Below the pieces are notes generated by a model. The model did no database searches and was not told the DNA's origin. It worked only from the letters and a program-made list of their open reading frames with translations. A DNA stretch of 64,000 bases. Source: Mycobacteriales bacterium. GTDB lineage: Bacteria; Actinomycetota; Actinomycetes; Mycobacteriales; QHCA01. The translations under genes were made by a program, and so were the position numbers. Location of the stretch: assembly GCA_038329965.1 (NCBI GenBank), contig JBBQNN010000001.1:3510-67509 (forward strand). Reading direction: 5' to 3'. Within the stretch, counting starts at the first letter, position 1. Each line of letters begins with the position of its first letter. Shown piece by piece: positions 10,619 through 22,471 of the stretch.

Positions 10619-12973
10619 ATGTCGATCGATCAGGATGTGCCGAGCAGCCCCGCGCAGCTTGCGGGACTGCGGTTCGATGCCGTGACGGCACCGCCCGATC
10701 CACTAGACGTGATCCGGACCGTCCTCGCCAAGGCGGCGGACTTCATCGGCGCGCCGCACGGCTTCATCGCGCACATCACGCCGGAGGATCCCGAGCTCAG
10801 CCTCCGGCTGGGCATCGGGGTCTTCGAGCATCCCAGCCCGGCCGGGCTGGGTCCGATCGGGGACCTGGCCATCGACGTCTGGCGCGCTGGGCAGCCGCTC
10901 GTGGTGCGCCGTGACGCCATACCGGCCGGCGAAGATCGTTTCCACGAGTTGGCCCTCGTACCGTTCGACATCGGTCCGCGGGTCGATGGAATCGTCGGCC
11001 TGGCCTACGGCGCCGACTCCGTACTCAGCTTCCGCACCGCGGAGGTCGACCTGATCAGGGGGTTCTGCCGGCTCGCCTCGATCGCCCTCGACAACGCCCG
11101 CCTCTACGCCGAGGAGAGACGGTCACGCCGGCTCACCGAGCGCCTGCAGGACAGCGTCCGGGCGATCAACCAGAGCCTCGACCTCGATGTCGTGCTCCCG
11201 GCGATCCTGGATCAGCTGCGGGAGGTCATCGAGTACGACAGCAGCACCATCCAACTGCTCGAAGGCGACGCCATGCGGGTGATCGCCGCCCGCGGCTTTC
11301 CACCGGAGGAGCTGGGCCGGGTCCGCCCTCTGGAGGAGTATCCGTACAACAAGCGGCTGGCCACCAGTCCGGAGCCGATCGTGGAGGGACAGGCCCCCAG
11401 GGCGGTCCTCTGGCGGTCCGGGCCGCACCTGGCGGCGATCCGCAGCAACCTCGGAGTCCCCCTGGTGGTTCGTGGCCGGATCATCGGCGCGCTCACGATC
11501 GACAGCCACGAGCCCAATCTCTACAGCGCCGACGACGCGCCGGCGGCGATGGCCTTCGCCCGGCACGCCGCCATCGCGATCGAACACGCCCGGCTGTTCA
11601 CCGCGGCGCAGCGCGAGCTGACAGAGCGCAAGGCGGCGCAGGAGCGGCTCAACTACCTGGCCTGCTTCGACCCCGTCACCGCGCTGCCCAACCGCACGCT
11701 GCTGGGCGACCGGCTCCGCCAGGCCCTCGACCAGGCCGGCCGGGACAACAAGCTCGTCGCGATCCTGTTCCTCGACCTCGACCGGTTCAAGACCGTCAAC
11801 GACAGCCTGGGGCACACGGCTGGTGACCGGCTGCTCAAGATCGTGGGCGAGCGGTTGCGGCAAACGGTGCGCGAGGGTGACACCGTGGCCCGGCTCGGCG
11901 GCGACGAGTTCGCCGTCGTGCTGCCGCAGCTCGACCATGTGGCGGCGAGCCGTGCCGTCGCGGACAAGATCGGCCGGGCATTCTGCGCGCCCTTCGACCT
12001 TGACGGCCGCGAGATCTGGTTGTCGGCCAGCGTCGGCGTGGCCGTCTACCCCTCCGACGGCGCCGACCTCGACGAATTGCTGAACAACGCCGACTCGGCG
12101 ATGTACCTCGCCAAGCATCAGGGCGGCAGCACCCACCGGCTGTACGAGCCCGGGGTGGCGCGGGCCGTCGATCGCCTGGACATCGAGAACGACATGCGGC
12201 ACGCGGTCGACCGCCGCGAGCTGCGGGTGCTGTACCAGCCGCTGGTGGAGCTGAGCACCGGCCGCATGCTCGGCGCGGAGGCCCTGCTCCGCTGGGCACA
12301 TCCCAAGCGGGGCGTTGTCCTGCCCGCCGACTTCATCGGTCTGGCAGAGGAGACCGGCCTGATCGTCCCGCTCGGCCGGTGGGTGCTGCGCGAGGCCTGC
12401 CGCCAGGGCACGGCGTGGCAGCGGGCGGGTGCCGGCCCGCACTGGATGACGGTCAACGTGTCTGCCCGCCAGCTCAACGACAGCCTGGTCCGTACCGTGC
12501 GCTCGGCGCTGGAGGAGACCGGCATGGACCCGTGCGGGCTGCTCCTGGAGATCACCGAGAGCGGTCTGATGCAGAACACCGAGAAGGCCATCGCCGCGAC
12601 GCGTGAGCTGGCATCGGTCGGGGTGTCCTTCGCCGTCGACGACTTCGGCATCGGGTACTCCAGCCTGAGCCAGCTCAAGCGGTTCCCCATCTCGCTGCTC
12701 AAGATCGACCAATCCTTCGTACGCGACATCCCGGCCGACGCCAGTGATGCCGCGATCGTCACCGGCATCGTGGCGATGTCGCACGCCATGGGGGTCGGCG
12801 TCGTGGCCGAGGGGGTCGAGACCGAGGAGCAGCGCGCCTTCCTGGTCGACTGCGGGTGCGACATCATCCAGGGTTTCCTGGCCCACCCGCCACTGTCCAA
12901 TGACGAGCTCGAACACTCGTTCCTGCTCGGGCGACCGGACAGCCCGACGTGTGCCACACTGCCATCCTCCTGA
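10619..12973 (+). CDS. GAF-GAF-GGDEF-EAL cyclic-di-GMP turnover protein
   Basis: GGDEF motif intact (ARLGGDEFAVVL), EAL motif intact (GAEALLRW), plus DDFGIGYSSLSQLKRFP. The N-terminal half is GAF-like. Confidence 0.9.
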   Translation: MSIDQDVPSSPAQLAGLRFDAVTAPPDPLDVIRTVLAKAADFIGAPHGFIAHITPEDPELSLRLGIGVFEHPSPAGLGPIGDLAIDVWRAGQPLVVRRDAIPAGEDRFHELALVPFDIGPRVDGIVGLAYGADSVLSFRTAEVDLIRGFCRLASIALDNARLYAEERRSRRLTERLQDSVRAINQSLDLDVVLPAILDQLREVIEYDSSTIQLLEGDAMRVIAARGFPPEELGRVRPLEEYPYNKRLATSPEPIVEGQAPRAVLWRSGPHLAAIRSNLGVPLVVRGRIIGALTIDSHEPNLYSADDAPAAMAFARHAAIAIEHARLFTAAQRELTERKAAQERLNYLACFDPVTALPNRTLLGDRLRQALDQAGRDNKLVAILFLDLDRFKTVNDSLGHTAGDRLLKIVGERLRQTVREGDTVARLGGDEFAVVLPQLDHVAASRAVADKIGRAFCAPFDLDGREIWLSASVGVAVYPSDGADLDELLNNADSAMYLAKHQGGSTHRLYEPGVARAVDRLDIENDMRHAVDRRELRVLYQPLVELSTGRMLGAEALLRWAHPKRGVVLPADFIGLAEETGLIVPLGRWVLREACRQGTAWQRAGAGPHWMTVNVSARQLNDSLVRTVRSALEETGMDPCGLLLEITESGLMQNTEKAIAATRELASVGVSFAVDDFGIGYSSLSQLKRFPISLLKIDQSFVRDIPADASDAAIVTGIVAMSHAMGVGVVAEGVETEEQRAFLVDCGCDIIQGFLAHPPLSNDELEHSFLLGRPDSPTCATLPSS

Positions 12974-13046
12974 GGGATGCCGTCGTGACACGCAAGCAAC
13001 CGCGTCGAAGGTGGTGCAACCGCGACCGGCAGCGCAACCACAACCG

Positions 13047-13063
13047 CTGACCCTCTCGGTCAG
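13047..13063. terminator. Hairpin between convergent genes (possible bidirectional terminator)
   Basis: CTGACC ctctc GGTCAG. It overlaps the stop codon of the SDR gene at 13060. Confidence 0.3.
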
Positions 13064-13809
13064 AGCGCCCGCAGTGCCCCGCCGTCGACCGGCCAGAGCG
13101 ATCCGGTGACGTACGACGAGGCCGGCGACAGCAGGAACGCCGCCACCCGGCCGAACTCCGCCGGCTCGCCATAGCGGCGCAGCGGGATGCCGGCCTCGTT
13201 GCGGGCCCGCGCACCTGCGTCGGCGTCCAGGGACATGGTGCGGTCGGTGGCGATCCGGCCGGGCAGCAGGCCGTTGACCCGGATTCCACGCGCGCCGAGC
13301 TCGTCGGCCAGTTGCTTGGTGAGCATCGCGAGACCGGGGCGAAGGCCGTTGGACACGGCCAGGCCGGGTATCGGCGAGCGGGCGCTGGTCGACAGCACCT
13401 GGGCGACCGAGCCGCCCTTGCCGAGGCCGGCCGCCACCGCCCGGATCAGCCGCAGGGCACCCAGGAACACGCTGTCGAACCCGGCCCGCCAGGCCTCCTC
13501 GGATGTGTCGAGTGCGCTGCCAGGTGCCGGGCCACCCACGCTGATCAGCGCTCCGTCGAGCCCGCCGTACGCATTGTGCGCGGCGTCGACCAGGCGGTGG
13601 GCCGCGGCCGCGTCGGCGAGGTCGGCGGCGATCCCGACGGCATGCCGGGCACCTCCCAGCTCCTGCGCGGCGAGTTCGACGTCGGCGACGTTGCGGGCCC
13701 CGAGCACGACGCTGGCGCCCTCGGCCACGAGCACCTCAGCGGTGGCCCGGCCCAGCCCGCGCGACCCGCCGCTGACCACGTACACGCGTCCTGCCAGTCC
13801 CAGATCCAT
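13060..13809 (-). CDS. SDR-family oxidoreductase
   Basis: VVSGGSRGLGRA cofactor motif and classical SDR layout. The ATG at 13809 (MDLGLAGRVYVV) fits homolog N-termini better than the ORF start at 13845. Confidence 0.88.
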   Translation of the reverse strand: MDLGLAGRVYVVSGGSRGLGRATAEVLVAEGASVVLGARNVADVELAAQELGGARHAVGIAADLADAAAAHRLVDAAHNAYGGLDGALISVGGPAPGSALDTSEEAWRAGFDSVFLGALRLIRAVAAGLGKGGSVAQVLSTSARSPIPGLAVSNGLRPGLAMLTKQLADELGARGIRVNGLLPGRIATDRTMSLDADAGARARNEAGIPLRRYGEPAEFGRVAAFLLSPASSYVTGSLWPVDGGALRAL

Positions 13810-13855
13810 GACCGCCAGTTTGTGGAACTGGCCCGCCGCAGGCAACTCCGGAGGG

Positions 13856-14398
13856 CTATTCAGCGGCGGCTCGCAGGCGGGCGAACTCCGCCGTCAGCGC
13901 GTCGAGTTGGTAGTGGGCGTTCAGGCCGCTCGGGTTGGGCAGCACCCAGATGGCCGTTTCGCCGATGCGCTCAGCCTGCGGGCCGATGGTCGCCTTCGGA
14001 CGGGCGAAGCCGCTCCGGTAGGCGGTGACCCCGAGCACCGCGAGCCGGCGCGGCCGATGCCGCTGGGCCAGCCGGGTCAGCCGCTGCGCACCGGCGGCAA
14101 GCTCGTCGCCGGTCAGCTCGTCGGCGCGGGCGGTCGTCCGGGCGACGAGGTTGGTGACGCCCAGGCCATAGGACAGCAACTCGTGCTGTTCGTCGGGCCG
14201 CAGCTGCCGTGGGGTGAAGCCGGACCGATGCAGGGCCGGCCAGAACCGGTTGCCCGGCCGGGCGAAGTGCCGGCCGAGCGCGCCCGACCACAGCCCCGGG
14301 TTGATCCCGCAGAACAGCACGGCAAGGCCGTCGCCGACGACGTCGGGGATGGTCCGGTCACGCGCCGCCGCCAGGTCGTCCGCTGTGGGGCGGGTCAA
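13856..14398 (-). CDS. mug: G/U mismatch-specific uracil-DNA glycosylase (Mug family)
   Basis: VLFCGINPGLWS, HFARPGNRFW and IWVLPNPSGLN motifs align with E. coli Mug. TTG 14398 gives (M)TRPTADDL, typical of actinobacterial Mug N-termini. The rest of the listed 326-aa ORF is a spurious extension. Confidence 0.85.
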   Translation of the reverse strand: MTRPTADDLAAARDRTIPDVVGDGLAVLFCGINPGLWSGALGRHFARPGNRFWPALHRSGFTPRQLRPDEQHELLSYGLGVTNLVARTTARADELTGDELAAGAQRLTRLAQRHRPRRLAVLGVTAYRSGFARPKATIGPQAERIGETAIWVLPNPSGLNAHYQLDALTAEFARLRAAAE

Positions 14399-14494
14399 CC
14401 GACCGGGCCCTCGATCCGGATCACGACTCCTCCTTCGGTACGGGGCGGACGCGCTCGAGCAGGGCCTGCCCCGAACGCCGCCGACATCGCGGTG

Positions 14495-14554
14495 ACAACA
14501 TCCGGGAAAACGTCGCTTTCCGGTACACCACAGCGACGCTATCCGGGATCTTGC
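14495..14554 (+). repeat. 60-nt hairpin-forming intergenic repeat, copy 2
   Basis: ACAACATCCGGGAAAACGTCGCTTTCCGGTACACCACAGCGACGCTATCCGGGATCTTGC. It has the same CGTCGCT/AGCGACG stem and the same 14-nt loop length as copy 1. Read on the minus strand, the stem is followed by UUUU, 44 nt downstream of the acnR stop. Confidence 0.7.
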
Positions 14555-14597
14555 CGCGTGGGCCGGGGCGCGGTGCGGGGCCGCCGGGAAGTCGCCT

Positions 14598-15158
14598 CTA
14601 CCGGCGGCGGACGGTTTCCTCGACCAGGTCGAGCACGGGGTCGAGGTCGCCGGCGGGGATCCCGGTGGCCAGCCGCAGCACCAGGCCGTCGAGGGCCAGG
14701 GCGAGGAAGCGCTGCAGGACATTGACGTCCACGTCGTCGCGCAGGGTGCCGGCGTCACTCGCGCGCTCCAGCCGGCCGCGGGTGGCCCGCTCGATCTCGG
14801 CGGCCCGCTTCTCCCAGCGGTCGCGGAAGTCGTCATCGGTACGCAGCCGTCTGGACACCTCCAACTGGGTGCCGAGCCAGTCCGGGTCGGCGTCGCGCAG
14901 CAGGTTGCGCATCACCTGCACGAGACCGTGCCGGGCGACCACCGCGGCCATCTCGGCCGCGTCGTCCTCGGCGGCGGCCAGGAAGAGGGAGTCCTTGTCG
15001 CGGAAGTGGTGGAAGATCGCCCCCCGGGACAGGCCGATCTCGTCTTCGAGCCGGCGTACCGTCGCCCCCTCGAAGCCGTGCCGTGCAAAGCAGGTACGGG
15101 CGCCGTCGAGGATCTGCCGCCGCCGCGCGTCGACGTGATCCTGGGTCACCCGGGGCAT
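14598..15158 (-). CDS. acnR: TetR-family repressor located immediately downstream of acn (AcnR-type)
   Basis: TetR HTH (FEGATVRRLEDEIGLSRGAIFHHFRDK). The ATG at 15158 lies 10 nt after the acn stop. The acn-acnR arrangement is the same as in Corynebacterium and in Mtb Rv1475c-Rv1474c. Confidence 0.85.
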   Translation of the reverse strand: MPRVTQDHVDARRRQILDGARTCFARHGFEGATVRRLEDEIGLSRGAIFHHFRDKDSLFLAAAEDDAAEMAAVVARHGLVQVMRNLLRDADPDWLGTQLEVSRRLRTDDDFRDRWEKRAAEIERATRGRLERASDAGTLRDDVDVNVLQRFLALALDGLVLRLATGIPAGDLDPVLDLVEETVRRR

Positions 15159-15168
15159 GGCGGGCGTC

Positions 15169-17988
<2,820 letters not shown>

Positions 17989-18013
17989 GGGGACTCCTCG
18001 CAGCCGGGGCAAC

Positions 18014-18039
18014 AACCAAACAGTACGTCCGTCTTGGTT
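18014..18039. promoter_or_regulatory. Candidate AcnR operator upstream of acn
   Basis: Imperfect palindrome AACCAAaCAGTACGTCCGTCTTGGTT. The core CAGTACgtccGTCTTG resembles the corynebacterial AcnR site CAGNACnnncGTACTG as I recall it. It lies 26-51 nt upstream of the GTG start. Confidence 0.45.
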
Positions 18040-18128
18040 ACCGCGTCAACCCCCCGCCTTGCCAGTCGATCATGGCGCTTTCCCCGGCATGGGGGATGGA
18101 TTGTCCCCCCTTGTACGGGGTGAACGTC

Positions 18129-18506
18129 ATGATCAACTCGGCTATGGTCACCTCCGTGATCCACCACGTGCAGTTGGCCATGCCGCCGGGCCAGGAGGCG
18201 ACGGCCCGCGAGTTCTACGAAGGCGTGCTCGGGCTGACCGAGGTCGCCAAGCCGGCCATGCTCGCCGCGCGGGGCGGGGCGTGGTTCCGCGCCGACGGGA
18301 TCGAGCTGCACCTCGGGGTCGAGGAGGACTTTCGGCCGGCCGCCAAGGCCCATCCGGGCCTGCTGGTCGACGACATCGACGAGCGGGCCGCCCGGCTCGA
18401 GCGCAACGGCTCCCCCGTCCGGTGGGACGCCGACTTCCCCCGCATGCGCCGCTTCTACACCGCCGACCCGTTCGGCAACCGCTTGGAGCTCCTGCAACCG
18501 CTCTGA
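18129..18506 (+). CDS. Glyoxalase/bleomycin-resistance (VOC) family protein
   Basis: VIHHVQLAMP...FYEGVLGL...GIELHLG...FYTADPFGNRLEL is the VOC beta-alpha-beta-beta-beta signature. ATG at 18129. Confidence 0.8.
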   Translation: MINSAMVTSVIHHVQLAMPPGQEATAREFYEGVLGLTEVAKPAMLAARGGAWFRADGIELHLGVEEDFRPAAKAHPGLLVDDIDERAARLERNGSPVRWDADFPRMRRFYTADPFGNRLELLQPL

Positions 18507-18543
18507 GTCCGCTGTGAATCTTGCGGTCTGCGAAGATGGGCCC

Positions 18544-20448
18544 ATGTGCGGTCTGCTCACGTTCGTCAGCGCCGACGCCACCGCCGGCGAACACCGCGAG
18601 CGCATCGCGTCGGCCCTGGAGACGATGCACCACCGTGGTCCCGACGAAACCGGCGTGACCACGGCGGGTGACGACGTCGTGTTGTCGTTCAAGCGGCTGT
18701 CGATCATCGACGTGGCCAAGAGCCACCAGCCGATCGAGTACGCCGACGGCCGCTACGTCATGACCTTCAACGGCGAGGTCTACAACTACATCGAGTTGCG
18801 CGCCGAGCTCATCGAGCAGGGCGCGACTTTCGCCACCGACGGCGACTCCGAGGTGGTTCTCGCCGCCTACCACCACTGGGGCCCCGAATCCGTCAGCCGC
18901 CTCCGGGGGATGTTCGCGTACCTGATCTGGGATCGTGAGGAGCGCCGTCTCTTCGGCGCCCGCGACCCCTTCGGCATCAAGCCGATGCACGTGCTGGAGA
19001 CCCGCGAGGGCGTCTACTTCGCAAGTGAGAAGAAGGCGCTCATGCCCTTCCTCTATCCCCGCAGCCAGGGGCTGGACACCGAGGCCCTGCAGCACTACCT
19101 GACCCTGCAGTACGTACCCGAGCCGGCCACCCTGCACGAGCGCATCCGCAAGGTGGAGAGCGGCATGTCCGTGTCCTGGAGCCCGGGCGGCCAGCTCACC
19201 TATTCGCGCTACTTCCGCCCGACGTTCGACCCGGCTCCGGTCGACGACACCGACAAGCTCTATCTCGGGATCCGCGAGGTCCTCGAGGAGTCGGTCCGCA
19301 TCCACCTGCGCGCTGATGTCCCCGTCGGAGCCTTCTTGTCCAGCGGCATCGACTCGACCGGCATCGTGGCCCTGGCCAAGAAACACAAGCCCGACATCCT
19401 GACCTTCACCGTGGGCTACGACGTCGACGGCTACTCCGAGATCGACATCGCGCAGAAGTCGGCCCGCTGGCTCGGGGTGACCACGATCCCCACGGTGGTC
19501 GACGCCCAGCAGATGATGGACGCCCTGCCGCGCATCGTCTGGCACCTCGACGATCCGGTGGCCGACCCTGCGCTCGTGCCGCTGTACTTCGTCGCCGAGG
19601 AGGCGGCCAAGCACGTCACCGTCGTGTTGTCCGGCGAGGGTGCCGACGAGTTCTTCGGCGGCTACAACATCTATCGCGAGCCGCTGTCGCTGCGGCCGCT
19701 GAGCGGGCTGCCGTCAGGAGTACGCAAGGGAATGCTGGCGGTCTCCCGCGCCATCCCCGAGGGGGTACGCGGCAAGAGCCTGCTCGAGCGCGGTGCCACA
19801 CCGATCCGCGAGCGCTACTACGGCAACGCCCGGATGTTCACCGAGGAGGAGAAGCAGGACCTCCTCGTCCACTACGACCCTCGGGTGTCCTATCTCGACA
19901 TCACCCGGCGCTTCTACGACGAGGCCGCCGACTACGACGACGTGACCAAGATGCAGTACGTCGACCTGTTCACCTGGCTGCGCGGCGACATCCTGGTCAA
20001 GGCCGACCGGATGTCGATGGCGCACTCGCTGGAGTTGCGCGTGCCGTTCCTCGACACCGGGGTGTTCGAGGTGGCCAGCAAGATCCCGCTGGAGCAGCGG
20101 ATCACCAAGCAGACCACCAAGCTGGCCCTGCGCAAGGCACTCGAGGGTCTGGTGCCACCGCACGTCGTCGAGCGCCGCAAGCTGGGCTTCCCGGTCCCGA
20201 TCCGGCTCTGGCTCAAGGACGTGATGTACGACTGGGCGATGTCGATCGTCGACGACAGCGGCACCGACGAGCTGATCGACAAGGCCTATGTCCGCAACAT
20301 GCTGGTCGAGCACCGGGCCGGCGAGGTCGACCGCAGTCGCAAGATCTGGACGGTGCTGGTGTTCATGCTGTGGCACGCGATCTACGTCGAGCATCGGCTC
20401 GACCCGGAGCCGCCGAAGGCCGTGTCGCGGCACGCGACCGGTACCTGA
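18544..20448 (+). CDS. asnB: Asparagine synthase (glutamine-hydrolysing)
   Basis: MCGLLTF N-terminus with the Cys2 nucleophile, and an SSGIDS PP-loop in the synthetase domain. Confidence 0.93.
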   Translation: MCGLLTFVSADATAGEHRERIASALETMHHRGPDETGVTTAGDDVVLSFKRLSIIDVAKSHQPIEYADGRYVMTFNGEVYNYIELRAELIEQGATFATDGDSEVVLAAYHHWGPESVSRLRGMFAYLIWDREERRLFGARDPFGIKPMHVLETREGVYFASEKKALMPFLYPRSQGLDTEALQHYLTLQYVPEPATLHERIRKVESGMSVSWSPGGQLTYSRYFRPTFDPAPVDDTDKLYLGIREVLEESVRIHLRADVPVGAFLSSGIDSTGIVALAKKHKPDILTFTVGYDVDGYSEIDIAQKSARWLGVTTIPTVVDAQQMMDALPRIVWHLDDPVADPALVPLYFVAEEAAKHVTVVLSGEGADEFFGGYNIYREPLSLRPLSGLPSGVRKGMLAVSRAIPEGVRGKSLLERGATPIRERYYGNARMFTEEEKQDLLVHYDPRVSYLDITRRFYDEAADYDDVTKMQYVDLFTWLRGDILVKADRMSMAHSLELRVPFLDTGVFEVASKIPLEQRITKQTTKLALRKALEGLVPPHVVERRKLGFPVPIRLWLKDVMYDWAMSIVDDSGTDELIDKAYVRNMLVEHRAGEVDRSRKIWTVLVFMLWHAIYVEHRLDPEPPKAVSRHATGT

Positions 20449-20464
20449 CCGGCAGGGTGTTCGG

Positions 20465-21694
20465 TCAGTTGACGAGTTCGGCCACCGCCGCGACCAGCCG
20501 GTCGACGTCGTCGCTGCTGGTGTAGGGCGCGATGCCGGCCCGCACCCCGCCGCCGTCGCCGAGACGCAGCCGGCGAGACGCCTCGATGGCGTAGAACGAG
20601 TGCGCCGGCGCATTGATATCCCGCTCTGCCAGGCGGCCGGCGACCTCCCTCGGCGGCGTCCCGGCGACGGTGAACAGCGTGGTCGGTGCCCGCCGGGCGG
20701 CGTTGGAGTAGATCGTCACGCCAGGACAGGGGCGCAGCCCCGCTTCGAGGCGTTCCCGCAGGCTCGCCTCGTACACTTCCAGCGCGGTCATGGACGCCAG
20801 CAGGCGCTCGCGCCGCGAGGCCGTGCCGGGCTGTGGGTCCGGCGAGGGGTCGGGCACCAGGCCCGCGAGGAAGTCGATCGCGGCGGTCGTCCCGGCCAGC
20901 AGTTCGTACGGCAGCGTGCCGAGTTCGAACCGCTCGGGTACGTCGTCGCCCGAGGCCAGCAGCTTGTCCGGCCGGAGCGACTCGAGCAGGGTCGGGTCGG
21001 CTGCCACGAGGCCGAGGTGCGGTCCGAGGAACTTGTACGGCGACGCCGCGAAGAAGTCGGCGCCCAGGGCGGCCAGATCGACCGAGGCGTGTGGCGTCAG
21101 GTGCACGCCGTCGACGTAGACCAGCGCGCCGAACCCGTGCGCCGCCCGCGCGATCGCCGCCACGTCGGGCCGGGTGCCGAGTAGGTTCGAGGCCCCGGTC
21201 ACCGCCACCAGCCGGGTCCGCCGGGTCAGTTGCGCGGTGACCGCGTCCGTCGGCAGTTCGGCGGTGTGCGGATCCATCTCTGCCCACCGCACCCGCGCGC
21301 CGGCAGTGCTGGCCGCCTGCGCCCACGGCCGGATGTTGGCGTCGTGATCGAGGCTGGTCACGACGACCTCGTCGCCGGGTCGCCAGTGTTTGGCAAGGGC
21401 GCGCGAGAGCTCGTAGGTCAGGGCGGTCATGCTGCGGCCGAAAATCACCCCGCGCGGGTCGGCGCCGACCAGATCCCCCGCGGCCTCTCGGGCAGCCAGC
21501 ACGATGTCGTCGGCCCTGCGGCCGGACGCGGTGCCGCGGTCGCGGTTGGACAATCCGGCCGTGAGGGCACCGGCGATGGCCTCGGCGACCTGGCGGGGGG
21601 CCTGGCTGCCACCCGGGCCGTCGAAGTACGCGGTGCCGTCGGCAAGTGCCGGGAAGTCGGAGCGCAGCCGCTCGACGTCATAGGGGCTCGTCAT
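20465..21694 (-). CDS. Class V PLP-dependent enzyme (cysteine desulfurase-like/aminotransferase class V)
   Basis: YFDGPGGSQ, TSLDHDANI and FAASPYKFLGPH (PLP-Lys). The ATG at 21694 overlaps the stop of the upstream methyltransferase (ATGA). Confidence 0.85.
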   Translation of the reverse strand: MTSPYDVERLRSDFPALADGTAYFDGPGGSQAPRQVAEAIAGALTAGLSNRDRGTASGRRADDIVLAAREAAGDLVGADPRGVIFGRSMTALTYELSRALAKHWRPGDEVVVTSLDHDANIRPWAQAASTAGARVRWAEMDPHTAELPTDAVTAQLTRRTRLVAVTGASNLLGTRPDVAAIARAAHGFGALVYVDGVHLTPHASVDLAALGADFFAASPYKFLGPHLGLVAADPTLLESLRPDKLLASGDDVPERFELGTLPYELLAGTTAAIDFLAGLVPDPSPDPQPGTASRRERLLASMTALEVYEASLRERLEAGLRPCPGVTIYSNAARRAPTTLFTVAGTPPREVAGRLAERDINAPAHSFYAIEASRRLRLGDGGGVRAGIAPYTSSDDVDRLVAAVAELVN

Positions 21695-22464
21695 GGGGCG
21701 ACCGGCTCGTAGGCCAGCCAGCGGATGCTCCGCTGCATGGTGGCGGGCTCGTGGAGATCGCGGCCCACCTCGAGTGCCCACCGGCGGATGTCGTCGCACA
21801 CCACTTTCATCTGCTCCGGCGAGTAGTTCCAGGTCCACGAGAAGATCTGCTGCTCCCAGTTGTCCAGGTCGGTGGCCAGGGTGCGGGTGACCGGAAAGCT
21901 CACCTCGGGCAGCGCGCGCTGAGCCGCCCGTCGGCCGAGGTAGCCGCCCAGCTCGTCAGGATCGGACGTACCCGGGCGGCGATCGGTGACATCGTGCGCT
22001 GCCGCGATCCGGCTCAGCGCGCCGGACCACGGTGCCGGTATACCGCCGCCGAAGTCGACCAGCAGGACACCCCCGGGGGCAAGGACGCGCAGCGCCTCGT
22101 CGATTGCCGACGGCCAGTCGGGCACGAGGTGCAGGACGTGACAGGCCACGACGGCGTCGCACGACGCGGTCGCCAGGGGCAGGCGAGTGGCGTCGCCGAC
22201 GAGGACAGGGAACGGCGCCCTGCCGCCGGCGTTGGCGACGAGCTGCTCGAGCATCGGTCGGGCGAGGTCGAGGCCCAGCACGGCGATGCCCCGGTCGTGC
22301 AGCGGCAGCGCGATCCGGCCGGTGCCGACCCCGATCTCGAGGCAACGCCGACGGCCGGCCAACTCTGCGGCGAGCAGCGTGCAGACCTGGTCGCTCACCT
22401 GCTCCGGGAGAGCTCTCGTCGCGTCGTAGTAGGCAGCCGCCCGCGCGAAGGACATGCTGGTCAT
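21691..22464 (-). CDS. Class I SAM-dependent methyltransferase
   Basis: CLEIGVGTGRIALPL (motif I) and LRVLAPGGVLLV. The start is 8 nt after the ADH stop. Confidence 0.8.
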   Translation of the reverse strand: MTSMSFARAAAYYDATRALPEQVSDQVCTLLAAELAGRRRCLEIGVGTGRIALPLHDRGIAVLGLDLARPMLEQLVANAGGRAPFPVLVGDATRLPLATASCDAVVACHVLHLVPDWPSAIDEALRVLAPGGVLLVDFGGGIPAPWSGALSRIAAAHDVTDRRPGTSDPDELGGYLGRRAAQRALPEVSFPVTRTLATDLDNWEQQIFSWTWNYSPEQMKVVCDDIRRWALEVGRDLHEPATMQRSIRWLAYEPVAP

Positions 22465-22471
22465 CGGCACA

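Noticed and set aside
12996-13040. Three GCAACC(GCG) direct repeats spaced 20 and 18 nt apart, downstream of the GGDEF-EAL gene.
   Set aside because: The repeats are short and degenerate and lie in a 3' intergenic region between convergent genes. They are easily explained by chance, and no associated regulator is evident.
13856-14836. A 326-aa ORF suggesting a much longer Mug protein, and similarly the 413-aa ORF 33676-34917 extending FabG1 upstream.
   Set aside because: The N-terminal extensions overlap acnR and the VWA gene respectively in other frames, and they lack homology. Homolog-length proteins start at 14398 and 34213, and the latter has an AGGAGG RBS.
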